Shown here: positions 38,581-50,214 of the stretch, piece by piece
How the letters are laid out: each line of letters starts with the position of its first letter
Position numbering within the stretch: the first letter of the stretch is position 1
Assembly (NCBI GenBank): GCA_950097015.1
Contig: CATNEN010000007.1
Span: forward strand, 5,828,001-5,892,000
Source of the DNA: Macrostomum hystrix
Taxonomy: Eukaryota > Animalia > Platyhelminthes
Length of the DNA: 64,000 bases
Direction of reading: 5' to 3'
Notes under the pieces: model-generated
What the model was told of the DNA's origin: nothing
Database searches by the model: none
What the model saw: the letters and a program-made list of their open reading frames with translations, nothing else
Program-made: the position numbers and the translations under genes

Positions 38581-38935
38581 GTCTCCCTCTCTGTCTCCCT
38601 CTATGTCTCCCTCCTTGTCTCCCTCTCAGTCTCCCTCTATGTCTCCCTCTCTGTCTCCCTCTCTGTCTCCCTCCATGTCTCCCTCTCAGTCTCCCTCTAT
38701 GTCTCGATCTCTGTCTCGATCTCTGTCTCCCTCTCTGTCTACCTCTCTGTCTCCCTCTCTGTCTCCCTCTCTGTCTCCCTCTCTGTCTCCCTCTCTGTCT
38801 CCCTCCATGTCTCCCTCTCTGTCTCCCTCCCTGTCGTCCTCTCTGTCCCCCTCTCTGTCTCCCTCTCCGTCTTCCTCTCTGTCTCCCTCTCTGTCTCCCC
38901 TCTGTCTCCCTCTCTGTCTCCCCTCTGTCTCCCTT
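38581..38935. repeat. 12-bp array gtctccctctct
   Basis: Tandem periodicity. Confidence 0.92.
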
Positions 38936-39369
38936 CTTCCACTCTCTCATTATTCCTTTATTTTATATCTTTCCTTTTTAGTTTCAGGGCGCGATGTTCA
39001 CATGTCAGCCCTATGAGTAGCATAGTTAGTGTAAATATTTAAATCTGAAAAACTCACATTTTCACGGCAGTACACGTTGGACTAAAGCCGGTCCAAACCT
39101 CTCTTCATGCGTTTGAAATCAGAATGAAACAATGTCAAGTAATTTCCTCTAAACCAGCCTTAACCAGTGCACTGCACAACACAATAACTCACGCACCTGT
39201 CATAATTATTTTTATCTGCCTTAAGCTCCGGTTTGTGAGCCCACATTGCTCATCGTTGGATAGATTTGGATTTTTCTATTTTTTTCAATCCTGTTTTCCA
39301 ATAGTTAACCACCTCATTAGCTTTTGCGTTCACTCTCTCTCCTTCCTTCAGGATTTCATTATCAGTCGA

Positions 39370-39410
39370 ATGAATCTCGGATTTCGAATTGTTAACAATA
39401 ATGATCCTCA
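39370..39410 (+). CDS. slo-2/KCNT: Candidate alternative N-terminal exon 1b of Slo2
   Basis: Poly-Y CAG acceptor at 39351, MNLGFRIVNNNDP-CA/GTAAGA, phase 2 compatible with exon 2. Confidence 0.5.
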
Positions 39411-40104
39411 GTAAGAAACCGGAACCAACCAGATGCAGCCGCACCCAGCCACTCTGGGTCAAGGGAAACTGTGATTGATATTTGTTAGGTTAGACTTCCA
39501 GTTAGACTTGCGTAGGTAGAAATGGACCGTGTGAAGGCTATTTTGCCAATGAGGTTCAAAAGCCAGTATCAGCCTATTCTGCCTCCCCCCTGCCCTTCAC
39601 TCTCTCTTCCTCTTTCTCTTTCCCTCTCTTGAGGCTTTCACAATTGATGTGGAGGTGGATGAAATTTACGCACATGCGTCAACACCACCTCACCTCCGCC
39701 CGCTACAGGCAACCAACTTGCAACTTTCTTGTACCGGGACTGAGAGCGAAAAAAAGAGAAAAAATACTTGGAGGGAGGTGGGTGTGCGACGATGTTTTGC
39801 AAACTGGGAGGGTAGATGGGGGATGAGAGGAAAGGAGGCTTCAGTGCAGCATCCGCCCGCACCTGGCTAGCAAATGGGGCTTCCATTCCCAATGCCAGTT
39901 TATCGTCGACTTCTCTCCGCCAATCCGCGCGCCTCGACCAGGCCTTACTGAGTCAGCGAGATCCGAATGCACTCAGGAAAGCATCGTTAAAGCTTTCTCC
40001 ACTCTTGTCCTCGCCACATCCCCAACTCCCAGTCAAACTGTGGCTGAATCATCAAATAAACGTCGACATTGCTGCCCCGGCTCATCCTTGATTCCCGGTC
40101 AGCA

Positions 40105-40226
40105 ATGAGTCGCTGGTGGTGCTTCGGCGGATTTGGAAGGCGCCAGCAGGGCAACACCTTCTTAGAGAAGAGCATCTACACCTACATGCTGCTCCCGTTC
40201 CGATTCCCTGATCAGGACTTTGAGCA
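40105..40226 (+). CDS. slo-2/KCNT: Candidate alternative N-terminal exon 1c of Slo2
   Basis: MSRWWCFGGFGRRQQGNTFLEKSIYTYMLLPFRFPDQDFE-CA/GTGAGT, phase 2, GC3-rich; CAG at 40100-40102. Confidence 0.6.
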
Positions 40227-40441
40227 GTGAGTTGTAGGCATCCATTCATCTTGGACTTTTACCTATCATCATAGGATATACTCCGATTCCTTCGTGACAT
40301 AACATCCCTGCCGAATAGTTTTCATCATTCTCTCGCACCCACCCTCTAATTGTTTGCCATGTTTGCAAATACTTCAATTCGAATATCAGAAGCTACAAAC
40401 TTGTCATCTGATTCCTGTTTTCTTCACATGTACAGTAGTGG

Positions 40442-41565
40442 CTCCCTCTGACTCTCCTTCTCTCCCTCTTACTCTCCTTCTCTCCCTCTTACTCTCCTTC
40501 TCTCCCTCTGACTCTCCTTCTCTCCCTCTGACTCTCCTTCTCTCCCTCTCACTCTCCTTCTCTCCCTCTGACTCTCCTTCTCTCCCTCTGACTCTCCTTC
40601 TCTCCCTCTCACTCTCCTTCTCTCCCTCTCACTCTCCTTCTCTCCCTCTCACTCTCCTTCTCTCCCTCTGACTCTCCTTATCTCCCTCTCCCTCTCCTTC
40701 TCTCCCTCTGACTCTCCTTATCTCCCTCTCCCTCTCCTTCTCTCCCTCTGACTCTCCTTATCTCCCTCTGACTCTCCTTATCTCCCTCTCCCTCTCCTTC
40801 TCTCCCTCTCACTCTCCTTCTCTCCCTCTGACTCTCCTTATCTCCCTCTCACTCTCCTTTTCTCCCTCTCACTCTCCTTCTCTCCCTCTGACTCTCATTA
40901 TCTCCCTCTCCCTCTCCTTCTCTCCCTCTCACTCTCCTTCTCTCCCTCTCACTCTCCTTCTCTCCCTCTGACTCTCCTTATCCCCCTCTCCCTCTCCTTA
41001 TCTCCCTCTCCCTCTCCTTCTCTCCCTCTCACTCTCCTTCTCTCCCTCTGACTCTCCTTATCTCCCTCTCACTCTCCTTTTCTCCCTCTCACTCTCCTTC
41101 TCTCCCTCTGACTCTCATTATCTCCCTCTCCCTCTCCTTCTCTCCCTCTCACTCTCCTTCTCTCCCTCTCACTCTCCTTCTCTCCCTCTGACTCTCCTTA
41201 TCCCCCTCTCCCTCTCCTTATCTCCCTCTCCCTCGCCTTCTCTCCCTCTCACTCTCCTATCTCCCTCTTACTCGCCTTCTCTCCCTCTCACTCTCCTATC
41301 TCCCTCTTACTCGCCTTCTCTCCCTCTCACTCTCCTATCTCCCCCTCACTCTCCTATCTCCCTCTCACTCACCTTCTCTCCCTCTCACTCTCCTTCTCTC
41401 CCTCTCACTCGCCTTCTCTCCCTCTCACTCTCCTATCTCCCCCTCACTCTCCTATCTCCCTCTCACTCTCCTATCTCCCTCTTACTCTCCTTCTCTCCCT
41501 CTGACTCTCCTATCTCCCTCTCACTCGCCTTCTCTCCCTCTCACTCTCCTATCTCCCTCTCTCTC
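40442..41565. repeat. 19-20-bp polypyrimidine array ctccctct(g/c/t)actctccttct
   Basis: Tandem periodicity. Confidence 0.95.
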
Positions 41566-42359
41566 AGTTCCACTCTCCTTTCTACTTTAACTCTTAGTTT
41601 CTCTACTTACTCTGGATCCGCCTTGCTAGACGCACTTCTCGCTATGTATATCATTCTAGCATTCTGCAGTGTTCCCTTATCATGTCAGTCAAGGGTCGGT
41701 TCTCCTCCCAGTTTTGCCTCACACGTGCTCGCTGTTAGCATCCAATTTGAGTAGCTTCTCTCCGACGAGAGACGGAAAACAGAGACGACTTCGCCTGGCC
41801 GTGCCAAGCAGCAAATCAATTCCGCTCCCCTAACAGGGTGCCAGCAAGTTGCGGCCCGTTTCAACGAAGCGTAGAGAGAAAAAATGCTCAAAGCATGCAG
41901 TGAGGCCAGCTTCTTTGAGCTCTGTGCTCAGCAGGAGAGCAATTTATAATTTGCTTTCGCCAAAGGAGCGGCTGGCCGATGCCGAGAGTCAGGGATCTGT
42001 GCAGTTTATTTGGGAGAAATTTCCCATTTCTATATTGGGATGAGAGCGACATGCGTGTCTGTCCCCGAACAGTGTCCAGCCAGCTTTTTCTTGAGAGCTC
42101 TGATTCACCCTTTGACCAGTGTACTATTCCGTTCCACGGGTGGTTGGCTTTTTCTTATTGCATTCTAAATCTCACATTTCTGCTGTTCAGTACTAGCTAC
42201 AGCTCCTTCATGCTACTAGCTACATGCCCACAGCTCCTTCGAGTTAAAAACCAGCCCAATCTCATTGCTACCCTCCCTGCTTTCTTCTACTTTTCTCCAT
42301 CTCCAATTTGCCCTGAAATGCTCTACGCTCCCCTCTATGTCTCGCCTTCTCTACATACT

Positions 42360-42842
42360 CCCCCTGACCTTCTCCACACTCTCCCTTACCTTCTCCTCAC
42401 TCTCCCTCACCTTCTCCACACTCTCCCTCACCTTCTCCACACTCTCCCTCACCTTCTCCACACTCTCCCTCACCTTCTCCACACTCTCCCTTACCTTCTC
42501 TCTACACTCTCCCTCACCTTCTCCACACTCTCCCTTACCTTCTCCACACTCTCCCTCACCTTCTCCACACTCTCCCTCACCTTCTCCACACTCTCCCTCA
42601 CCTTCTCCACACTCTCCCTCACCTTCTCCACACTCTCCCTTACCTTCTCTCTACACTCTCCCTCACCTTCTCCACACTCTCCCTCACCTTCTCCACACTC
42701 TCCCTCACCTTCTCCACACTCTCCCTTACCTTCTCCACACTCTCCCTCACCTTCTCCACACTCTCCCTCACCTTCTCCACACTCTCCCTCACCTTCTCCA
42801 CTCTCCCTCACCTTCTCCACACTCTCCCTCACTTTCTCCACA
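42360..42842. repeat. 21-bp array ctctccctcaccttctccaca
   Basis: Tandem periodicity. Confidence 0.93.
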
Positions 42843-43329
42843 CTTCACATCCGCTTTAAATTGTCAGTTTTCGAAATCTCCCTTTCTGTTAGTCCACTAG
42901 CAAACTGCATCTCTGGTTCATTTGTTTCGTATGGCATCAAAATGTGTTCTGTCTGCCCTGAAATTACTTCTACCGTAGCGTGCGGCATTCCAGTGTTCCA
43001 CGTCTCCCTCTCTCCGTCTGCCTGTGAGGAAAATAGCCGTCAATAAAAAGCCAGGGACATTCGGTTCAAGAAGGGAGCATTCCTGTTGACGTCGGGCGCG
43101 GCAGAGATTGATGTCGGGCGCACAATCCTTTGGAGCCGAATCTGAGGGCTGTCCATGATATTTATGGCCCTTGCAAAGCTCTGGATATGCGTTTTTATGG
43201 CTTCTAAGTAATGACTGCTTACCGCCCTTCGATGCCCGACCTTGCTTGTGCCTTGTTTCCAGATAATATAAGCTTAAAATTATTCACTCACGTGCTGTGC
43301 AAATAGTCTGTTCCTATTCTAGTACATGC

Positions 43330-46303
43330 CACAGAATGTATTCCATTCCTAATACATGACACATGGAGAATGTGTTCCATTTCCAATACATGACACACGG
43401 AGAATGTGTTCCATTTCCAGTACATGACACATGGAGAATGTGTTCCATTTCCAGTACATGGCACATGGAGAATGTGTTCCATTTCCAGTACATGGCACAC
43501 GGAGAATGTGTTCCATTTCCAGTACATGACACATGGAGAATGTGTTCCATTTCCAGTACATGGCACATGGAGAATGTGTTCCATTTCCAGTACATGCCAC
43601 ACGGAGAATGTGTTCCATTTCCAGTACATGGCACATGGAGAATGTGTTCCATTTCCAGTACATGACACACGGAGAATGTGTTCCATTTCCAGTACATGGC
43701 ACATGGAGAATGTGTTCCATTTCCAATACATGACACATGGAGAATGTGTTCCATTTCCAATACATGACACATGGAGAATGTGTTCCATTTCCAGTACATG
43801 GCACATGGAGAATGTGTTCCATTTCCAATACATGGCACACGGAGAATGTGTTCCATTTCCAGTACATGACACACGGAGAATGTGTTCCATTTCCAGTACA
43901 TGGCACATGGAGAATGTGTTCCATTTCCAATACATGACACATGGAGAATGTGTTCCATTTCCAATACATGACACATGGAGAATGTGTTCCATTTCCAGTA
44001 CATGGCACATGGAGAATGTGTTCCATTTCCAATACATGGCACACGGAGAATGTGTTCCATTTCCAGTACATGGCACATGGAGAATGTGTTCCATTTCCAA
44101 TACATGGCACACGGAGAATGTGTTCCATTTCCAGTACATGGCACATGGAGAATGTGTTCCATTTCCAGTACATGACACACGGAGAATGTGTTCAATTTCC
44201 AGTACATGGCACATGGAGAATGTGTTCCATTTCCAGTACATGCCACACGGAGAATGTGTTCCATTTCCAGTACATAACACACGGAGAATGTGTTCAATTT
44301 CCAGTACATGGCACATGGAGAATGTGTTCCATTTCCAGTACATGACACACGGAGAATGTGTTCAATTTCCAGTACATGGCACATGGAGAATGTGTTCCAT
44401 TTCCAGTACATGGCACATGGAGAATGTGTTCCATTTCCAGTACATGACACATGGAGAATGTGTTCCATTTCCAGTACATGACACATGGAGAATGTGTTTC
44501 ATTTCCAGTACATGCCACACGGAGAATGTGTTCCATTTCCAGTACATGGCACATGGAGAATGTGTTCCATTTCCAGTACATGCCACACGGAGAATGTGTT
44601 CCATTTCCAGTACATGCCACACGGAGAATGTGTTCCATTTCCAGTACATGGCACATGGAGAATGTGTTCCATTTCCAGTACATGGCACATGGAGAATGTG
44701 TTCCATTTCCAGTACATGACACATGGAGAATGTGTTCCATTTCCAGTACATGACACATGGAGAATGTGTTCCCTTTTCCAGTACATGACACATGGAGAAT
44801 GTGTTCCATTTCCAGTACATGGCACATGGAGAATGTGTTCCATTTCCAGTACATGGTACATGGAGAATGTGTTCCATTTCCAGTACATGGCACATGGAGA
44901 ATGTGTTCCATTTCCAGTACATGGCACATGGAGAATGTGTTCCATTTCCAATACATGGCACACGGAGAATGTGTTCCATTTCCAGTACATGGCACATGGA
45001 GAATGTGTTCCATTTCCAATACATGGCACACGGAGAATGTGTTCCATTTCCAGTACATGGCACATGGAGAATGTGTTCCATTTCCAGTACATGACACATG
45101 GAGAATGTGTTCCATTTCCAGTACATGGCACATGGAGAATGTGTTCCATTTCCAGTACATGGCACATGGAGAATGTGTTCCATTTCCAGTACATGGTACA
45201 TGGAGAATGTGTTCCATTTCCAGTACATGGCACATGGAGAATGTGTTCCATTTCCAGTACATGGCACATGGAGAATGTGTTCCATTTCCAATACATGGCA
45301 CACGGAGAATGTGTTCCATTTCCAGTACATGGCACATGGAGAATGTGTTCCATTTCCAATACATGGCACACGGAGAATGTGTTCCATTTCCAGTACATGG
45401 CACATGGAGAATGTGTTCCATTTCCAGTACATGACACATGGAGAATGTGTTCCATTTCCAGTACATGACACATGGAGAATGTGTTTCATTTCCAGTACAT
45501 GCCACACGGAGAATGTGTTCCATTTCCAGTACATGGCACATGGAGAATGTGTTCCATTTCCAGTACATGCCACACGGAGAATGTGTTCCATTTCCAGTAC
45601 ATGGCACATGGAGAATGTGTTCCATTTCCAGTACATGGCACATGGAGAATGTGTTCCATTTCCAGTACATGGCACATGGAGAATGTGTTCCATTTCCAGT
45701 ACATGGCACATGGAGAATGTGTTCCATTTCCAGTACATGGCACATGGAGAATGTGTTCCATTTCCAGTACATGACACACGGAGAATGTGTTCAATTTCCA
45801 GTACATGGCACATGGAGAATGTGTTCCATTTCCAGTACATGCCACACGGAGAATGTGTTCCATTTCCAGTACATGACACACGGAGAATGTGTTCAATTTC
45901 CAGTACATGACACATGGAGAATGTGTTCCATTTCCAGTACATGACACATGGAGAATGTGTTTCATTTCCAGTACATGCCACACGGAGAATGTGTTCCATT
46001 TCCAGTACATGGCACATGGAGAATGTGTTCCATTTCCAGTACATGCCACACGGAGAATGTGTTCCATTTCCAGTACATGGCACATGGAGAATGTGTTCCA
46101 TTTCCAGTACATGACACATGGAGAATGTGTTTCATTTCCAGTACATGCCACACGGAGAATGTGTTCCATTTCCAGTACATGGCACATGGAGAATGTGTTC
46201 CATTTCCAGTACATGACACATGGAGAATGTGTTTCATTTCCAGTACATGCCACACGGAGAATGTGTTTCATTTCCAGTACATGCCACACGGAGAATGTGT
46301 TCC
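43330..46303. repeat. 34-bp minisatellite ggagaatgtgttccatttccagtacatggcacat, ~87 copies
   Basis: Head-to-tail copies differing at a few fixed positions. Confidence 0.97.
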
Positions 46304-46393
46304 CTTTGACAAAAGGAAAGTAAAATTTAAATTTAAAATTAAAATTAAAAATTAAAAGTTAAATTAAAAAGTACAAAATAAAACAAGCCGAAT

Positions 46394-46394
<1 letters not shown>

Positions 46395-46439
<45 letters not shown>
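46395..46439 (+). repeat. (CAG)15 microsatellite just upstream of the Slo2 exon 2 acceptor
   Basis: Pure CAG run ending 30 nt before the exon. Confidence 0.95.
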
Positions 46440-46441
<2 letters not shown>

Positions 46442-46469
46442 ACACCAGTTCCCCCTGCTCACTCCTCAG

Positions 46470-46652
46470 AGTCAGAGTCGAGTTCTTCACCAACGAGCGG
46501 TCGCTGAAGGAGCGGCTGCAGCTGTACTTCATCAAGAACCAGCGGTCCAGCCTGCGCATTCGAGTGTTCAACTTCGCTATCAAGATCCTCACCTGCATCC
46601 TGTACGTCATCAGGGTGATGCACGACAACCCGAAGGCTGACGGTATGACTTG
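46470..46652 (+). CDS. slo-2/KCNT: Slo2 exon 2 (S1)
   Basis: [49 protein letters not shown]; phase 2-2. Confidence 0.96.
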
Positions 46653-46816
46653 GTGAGTGTTGAATCATGATGCTTCATGTTTGCAATTTTGCCTCAATGC
46701 AGTCATTTTTTACTTTTGCAATGCAGACAGATTAGTCTTATTCTTGTTTCTACAATGAAATAATATTCTGCAAATGTATTTCTTAGTTCTGTAATGTTCA
46801 CTCTCTGCATTTTTGA

Positions 46817-47257
46817 CTCTCACCAGCTGTATTGTTCACTCTCATCCAGCTGTATTGTTCACTCTCATCCAGCTGTATTGTTCACTCTCACCCAGCTGTA
46901 TTGTTCACTCTCATCCAGCTGTATTGTTCACTCTCACCCAGCTGTATTGTTCACTCTCACCCAGCTGTATTGTTCACTCTCACCCAGCTGTATTGTTCAC
47001 TCTCACCCAGCTGTATTGTTCACTCTCATCCAGCTGTATTGTTCACTCTCACCCAGCTGTATTGTTCACTCTCATCCAGCTGTATTGTTCACTCTCATCC
47101 AGCTGTATTGTTCACTCTCATCCAGCTGTATTGTTCACTCTCATCCAGCTGTATTGTTCACTCTCATCCAGCTGTATTGTTCACTCTCACCCAGCTGTAT
47201 TGTTCACTCTCACCCAGCTGTATTGTTCACTCTCATCCAGCTGTATTGTTCACTCTC
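46817..47257. repeat. 23-bp minisatellite ctgtattgttcactctca(t/c)ccag
   Basis: Tandem periodicity. Confidence 0.95.
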
Positions 47258-47468
47258 TTGGAGCTTGGCTAAAGGCTAGAAATAATAAAGTAATGAATTT
47301 TATCTGTGCCGATTTTAGTGCCAATTTTCTACTGATTATATTAGCCCCATTAAAATTTCAAACTGCACCTTATTTTTGCCACCCTGGGACAGTGTCTAGA
47401 AGCAGAGATTTTAAATAACTAGTCATCCTGCGATGCACTTTTATCTTCTGCTCGATCTAATCCATTAG

Positions 47469-47540
47469 CTGGCCTGAGTACTCATGGGAGAGGCTTTGCC
47501 AGGGCTTCTATCCGCTAATACCGAGGCCACCTCCTGCTCG
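47469..47540 (+). CDS. slo-2/KCNT: Candidate cassette exon in the Slo2 S1-S2 loop
   Basis: ctaat branch-like site plus TAG acceptor; 72 nt, phase 2-2, WPEYSWERLCQGFYPLIPRPPPA; weaker GTGACA donor. Confidence 0.45.
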
Positions 47541-47589
47541 GTGACAGCCTCAAGTCTGACTCAGACACTGCAACAAACTGACCATATTT

Positions 47590-47990
47590 CAGTCTCACCC
47601 AGTCTCACCCAATCTCACCCAGTCTCACCCAGTCTCACCCAGTCTCACCCAGTCTCACTCAGTCTCACCCAGTCTCACTCAGTGTCACCCAGTCTCACCC
47701 AGTCTCACCCAGTGTCACCCAGTCTCACTCAGTGCCACCCAGTCTCACCCAGTCTCACCCAGTCTCACTCACTCTCACCCAGTCTCACTCAGTGCCACCC
47801 AGTCTCACCCAGTCTCACCCAGTCTCACTCAGTGTCACCCAGTCTCACCCAGTCTCACCCAGTGTCACCCAGTCTCACTCAGTGCCACCCAGTCTCACTC
47901 AGTGTCACTCAGTGTCACCCAGTCTCACCTAGTCTCACCCAGTCTCACCCAGTCTCACCCAGTCTCACCCAGCCTTACCCAATCTCACCC
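47590..47990. repeat. 10-bp array agtctcaccc
   Basis: Ends ~13 nt before exon 3a. Confidence 0.95.
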
Positions 47991-48003
47991 ACTCTCTCGC
48001 CAG

Positions 48004-48135
48004 CCCGTTCCCCAGCTGCGAGCCCTGCCGCCAGCACGGACAGCACAACTCATCGAACCACAGTCATCTGCCGGAGGTGCACCATCATAAGCACCGTAGG
48101 GATCCGGGCAGCCCCGACCAGCTGCTGATCAGCTG
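48004..48135 (+). CDS. slo-2/KCNT: Slo2 alternative exon 3a (His-rich S1-S2 loop)
   Basis: 132 nt, phase 2-2, PFPSCEPCRQHGQHNSSNHSHLPEVHHHKHRRDPGSPDQLLIS(W); CAG/GTAACC; GC3-rich. Confidence 0.7.
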
Positions 48136-48339
48136 GTAACCGACCGCATGCAGATTTTATAAACTGCAGCTATTTAAAGCGCTAAGTCGATTTTCCCCGC
48201 TTTTTAAAACTCCCAACCTATCTGCCGGCTTGAGGGCTGCCTTCGCTTTACTATTCCTGTAGCTGAGTTAGTCTTCTCACCTTCCTACCCTGCTAATCCT
48301 CAGCTTCTTTGGTGACTACACACTATTCAACCTTACTCT

Positions 48340-49466
48340 TCACTCTCATCGCATTCTATTGTTCACTCTCATCGTAATCTATTATTCACTCTCATCGCAT
48401 TCTATTGTTCACTCTCATCGTAATATATTGTTCACTCTCATCGTAATCTATTGTTCACTCTCATCGCATTCTATTGTTCACTCTCATCGTAATATATTGT
48501 TCACTCTCATCGCATTCTATTGTTCACTCTCATCGTAATCTATTGTTCACTCTCATCGCATTCTATTGTTCACTCTCATCGTAATCTATTGTTCACTCTC
48601 ATCGCATTCTATTGTTCACTCTCATCGTAATATATTGTTCACTCTCATCGCATTCTATTGTTCACTCTCATCGTAATCTATTGTTCACTCTCATCGCATT
48701 CTATTGTTCACTCTCATCGTAATCTATTGTTCACTCTCATCGCATTCTATTGTTCACTCTCATCGCATTCTATTGTTCACTCTCATCGTAATCTATTGTT
48801 CACTCTCATCGTAATCTATTGTTCACTCTCATCGCATAGTATTGTTCACTCACATCGCATTCTATTGTTCACTCTCATCGCATAGTATTGTTCACTCTCA
48901 TCGCATAGTAATGTTCACTCACATCGCATTCTATTGTTCACTCTCATCGCATAGTATTGTTCACTCTCATCGCATAGTATTGTTCACTCTCATCGCATAG
49001 TAATGTTCACTCTCATCGCATAGTATTGTTCACTCTCATCGCATAGTAATGTTCACTCTCATCGTAATCTATTGTTCACTCTCATCGCATAGTATTGTTC
49101 ACTCTCATCGCATAGTATTGTTCACTCTCATCGCATAGTATTGTTCACTCTCATCGCATTCTATTGTTCACTCTCATCGCATTCTATTGTTCACTCTCAT
49201 CGCATTCTATTGTTCACTCTCATCGCATAGTATTGTTCACTCTCATAGCATTCTATTGTTCACTGTCATCGCATTCTATTGTTCACTCTCATCCCATTCT
49301 ATTGTTCACTCTCATCGCATAGTATTGTTCACTCTCATCGCATAGTATTGTTCACTCTCATCGCATTCTATTGTTCACTCTCATCGCATAGTATTGTTCA
49401 CTCTCATAGCATTCTATTGTTCACTGTCATCGCATTCTATTGTTCACTCTCATCCCATTCTATTGT
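48340..49466. repeat. 23-bp minisatellite ctattgttcactctcatcgcatt
   Basis: Shares tattgttcactctcatc with the 46817 array. Confidence 0.95.
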
Positions 49467-49938
49467 TCTACCTAGTAAGTTTTCCATCTGCTAGTCTCAC
49501 ACATCTGCAGACACACAATTATTTTCATTGGTCATTCCAGCCTGACAGTTTTGGGTCTATCAAAAAGTATTTTCTTTCATAAATAATTGATGAAATGATC
49601 AAGCACGCATTATGAATATTTCTATCATCTATATTAGTCTGGTTGTTTCCCAATTCGGAATAATCTTCTTATATTATATATCTGTGAAATCTATAATACA
49701 AGCTTGAGAAAGTGAGCAAGTCATTAGTATTGCATCATGTGTCTGTGTAAATGCAAGTGTAAATTATGATTTTATGTTTCTTAATAATTATTCTTTTGTA
49801 TTTAATGTTTGTTAGCATTATAAGAAGACAAACTGCCTAATATTTAGTCACGCGTGTTCGCACTTTGCTCGAGTATAAGTACTCATAGAAAATAGTTTCG
49901 TGAGTTCATGAGGCTAATTATTTTTGCATTCCTTACAG

Positions 49939-50016
49939 TTACTGCCAGTACAAGTGCACGAATCACAGCAGCCTTTACCCAGAAAAGAGGGATCCAAACA
50001 GGTCTTACATTCACTG
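49939..50016 (+). CDS. slo-2/KCNT: Slo2 exon 3b (S1-S2 loop)
   Basis: 78 nt, phase 2-2, YCQYKCTNHSSLYPEKRDPNRSYIH(W); strong acceptor, GTGAGC donor. Confidence 0.82.
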
Positions 50017-50214
50017 GTGAGCCAAGCAGACCTGAATTTCCAACCTGCCAAGACTGGAAATTTTTTTTAAAATCTTAAATGGTGTGCGATGTCCACCTAG
50101 CAGAATCTGCCAATTCCACAAAGAGAGAAACATATTGAAGACGGATTTACGGCTTTTAGTCGCTAATTGTCAAATCGTCTGTAGTTTTATAGTTCTAAGA
50201 ACTCGTCCGCTTAT

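Noticed and set aside
41979-42060. MPRVRDL... as another Slo2 N-terminal exon
   Set aside because: No phase 2 GT donor; would need a weak GC donor
43155-43207. MIFMALAKLWICVFMAS with phase 2 GTAATG donor as a fourth N-terminal exon
   Set aside because: Phase fits, but it is short, has no similarity and a weaker donor; compatible with chance
43330-46303. CRISPR-like array (34-bp period) and 300-585 aa ORFs
   Set aside because: Units are contiguous with no unique spacers, there are no cas genes, and the array is in a eukaryotic intron; the ORFs are repeat translations in several frames on both strands
46392-46640. PolyQ protein ORF
   Set aside because: Out of frame with the conserved Slo2 exon it overlaps
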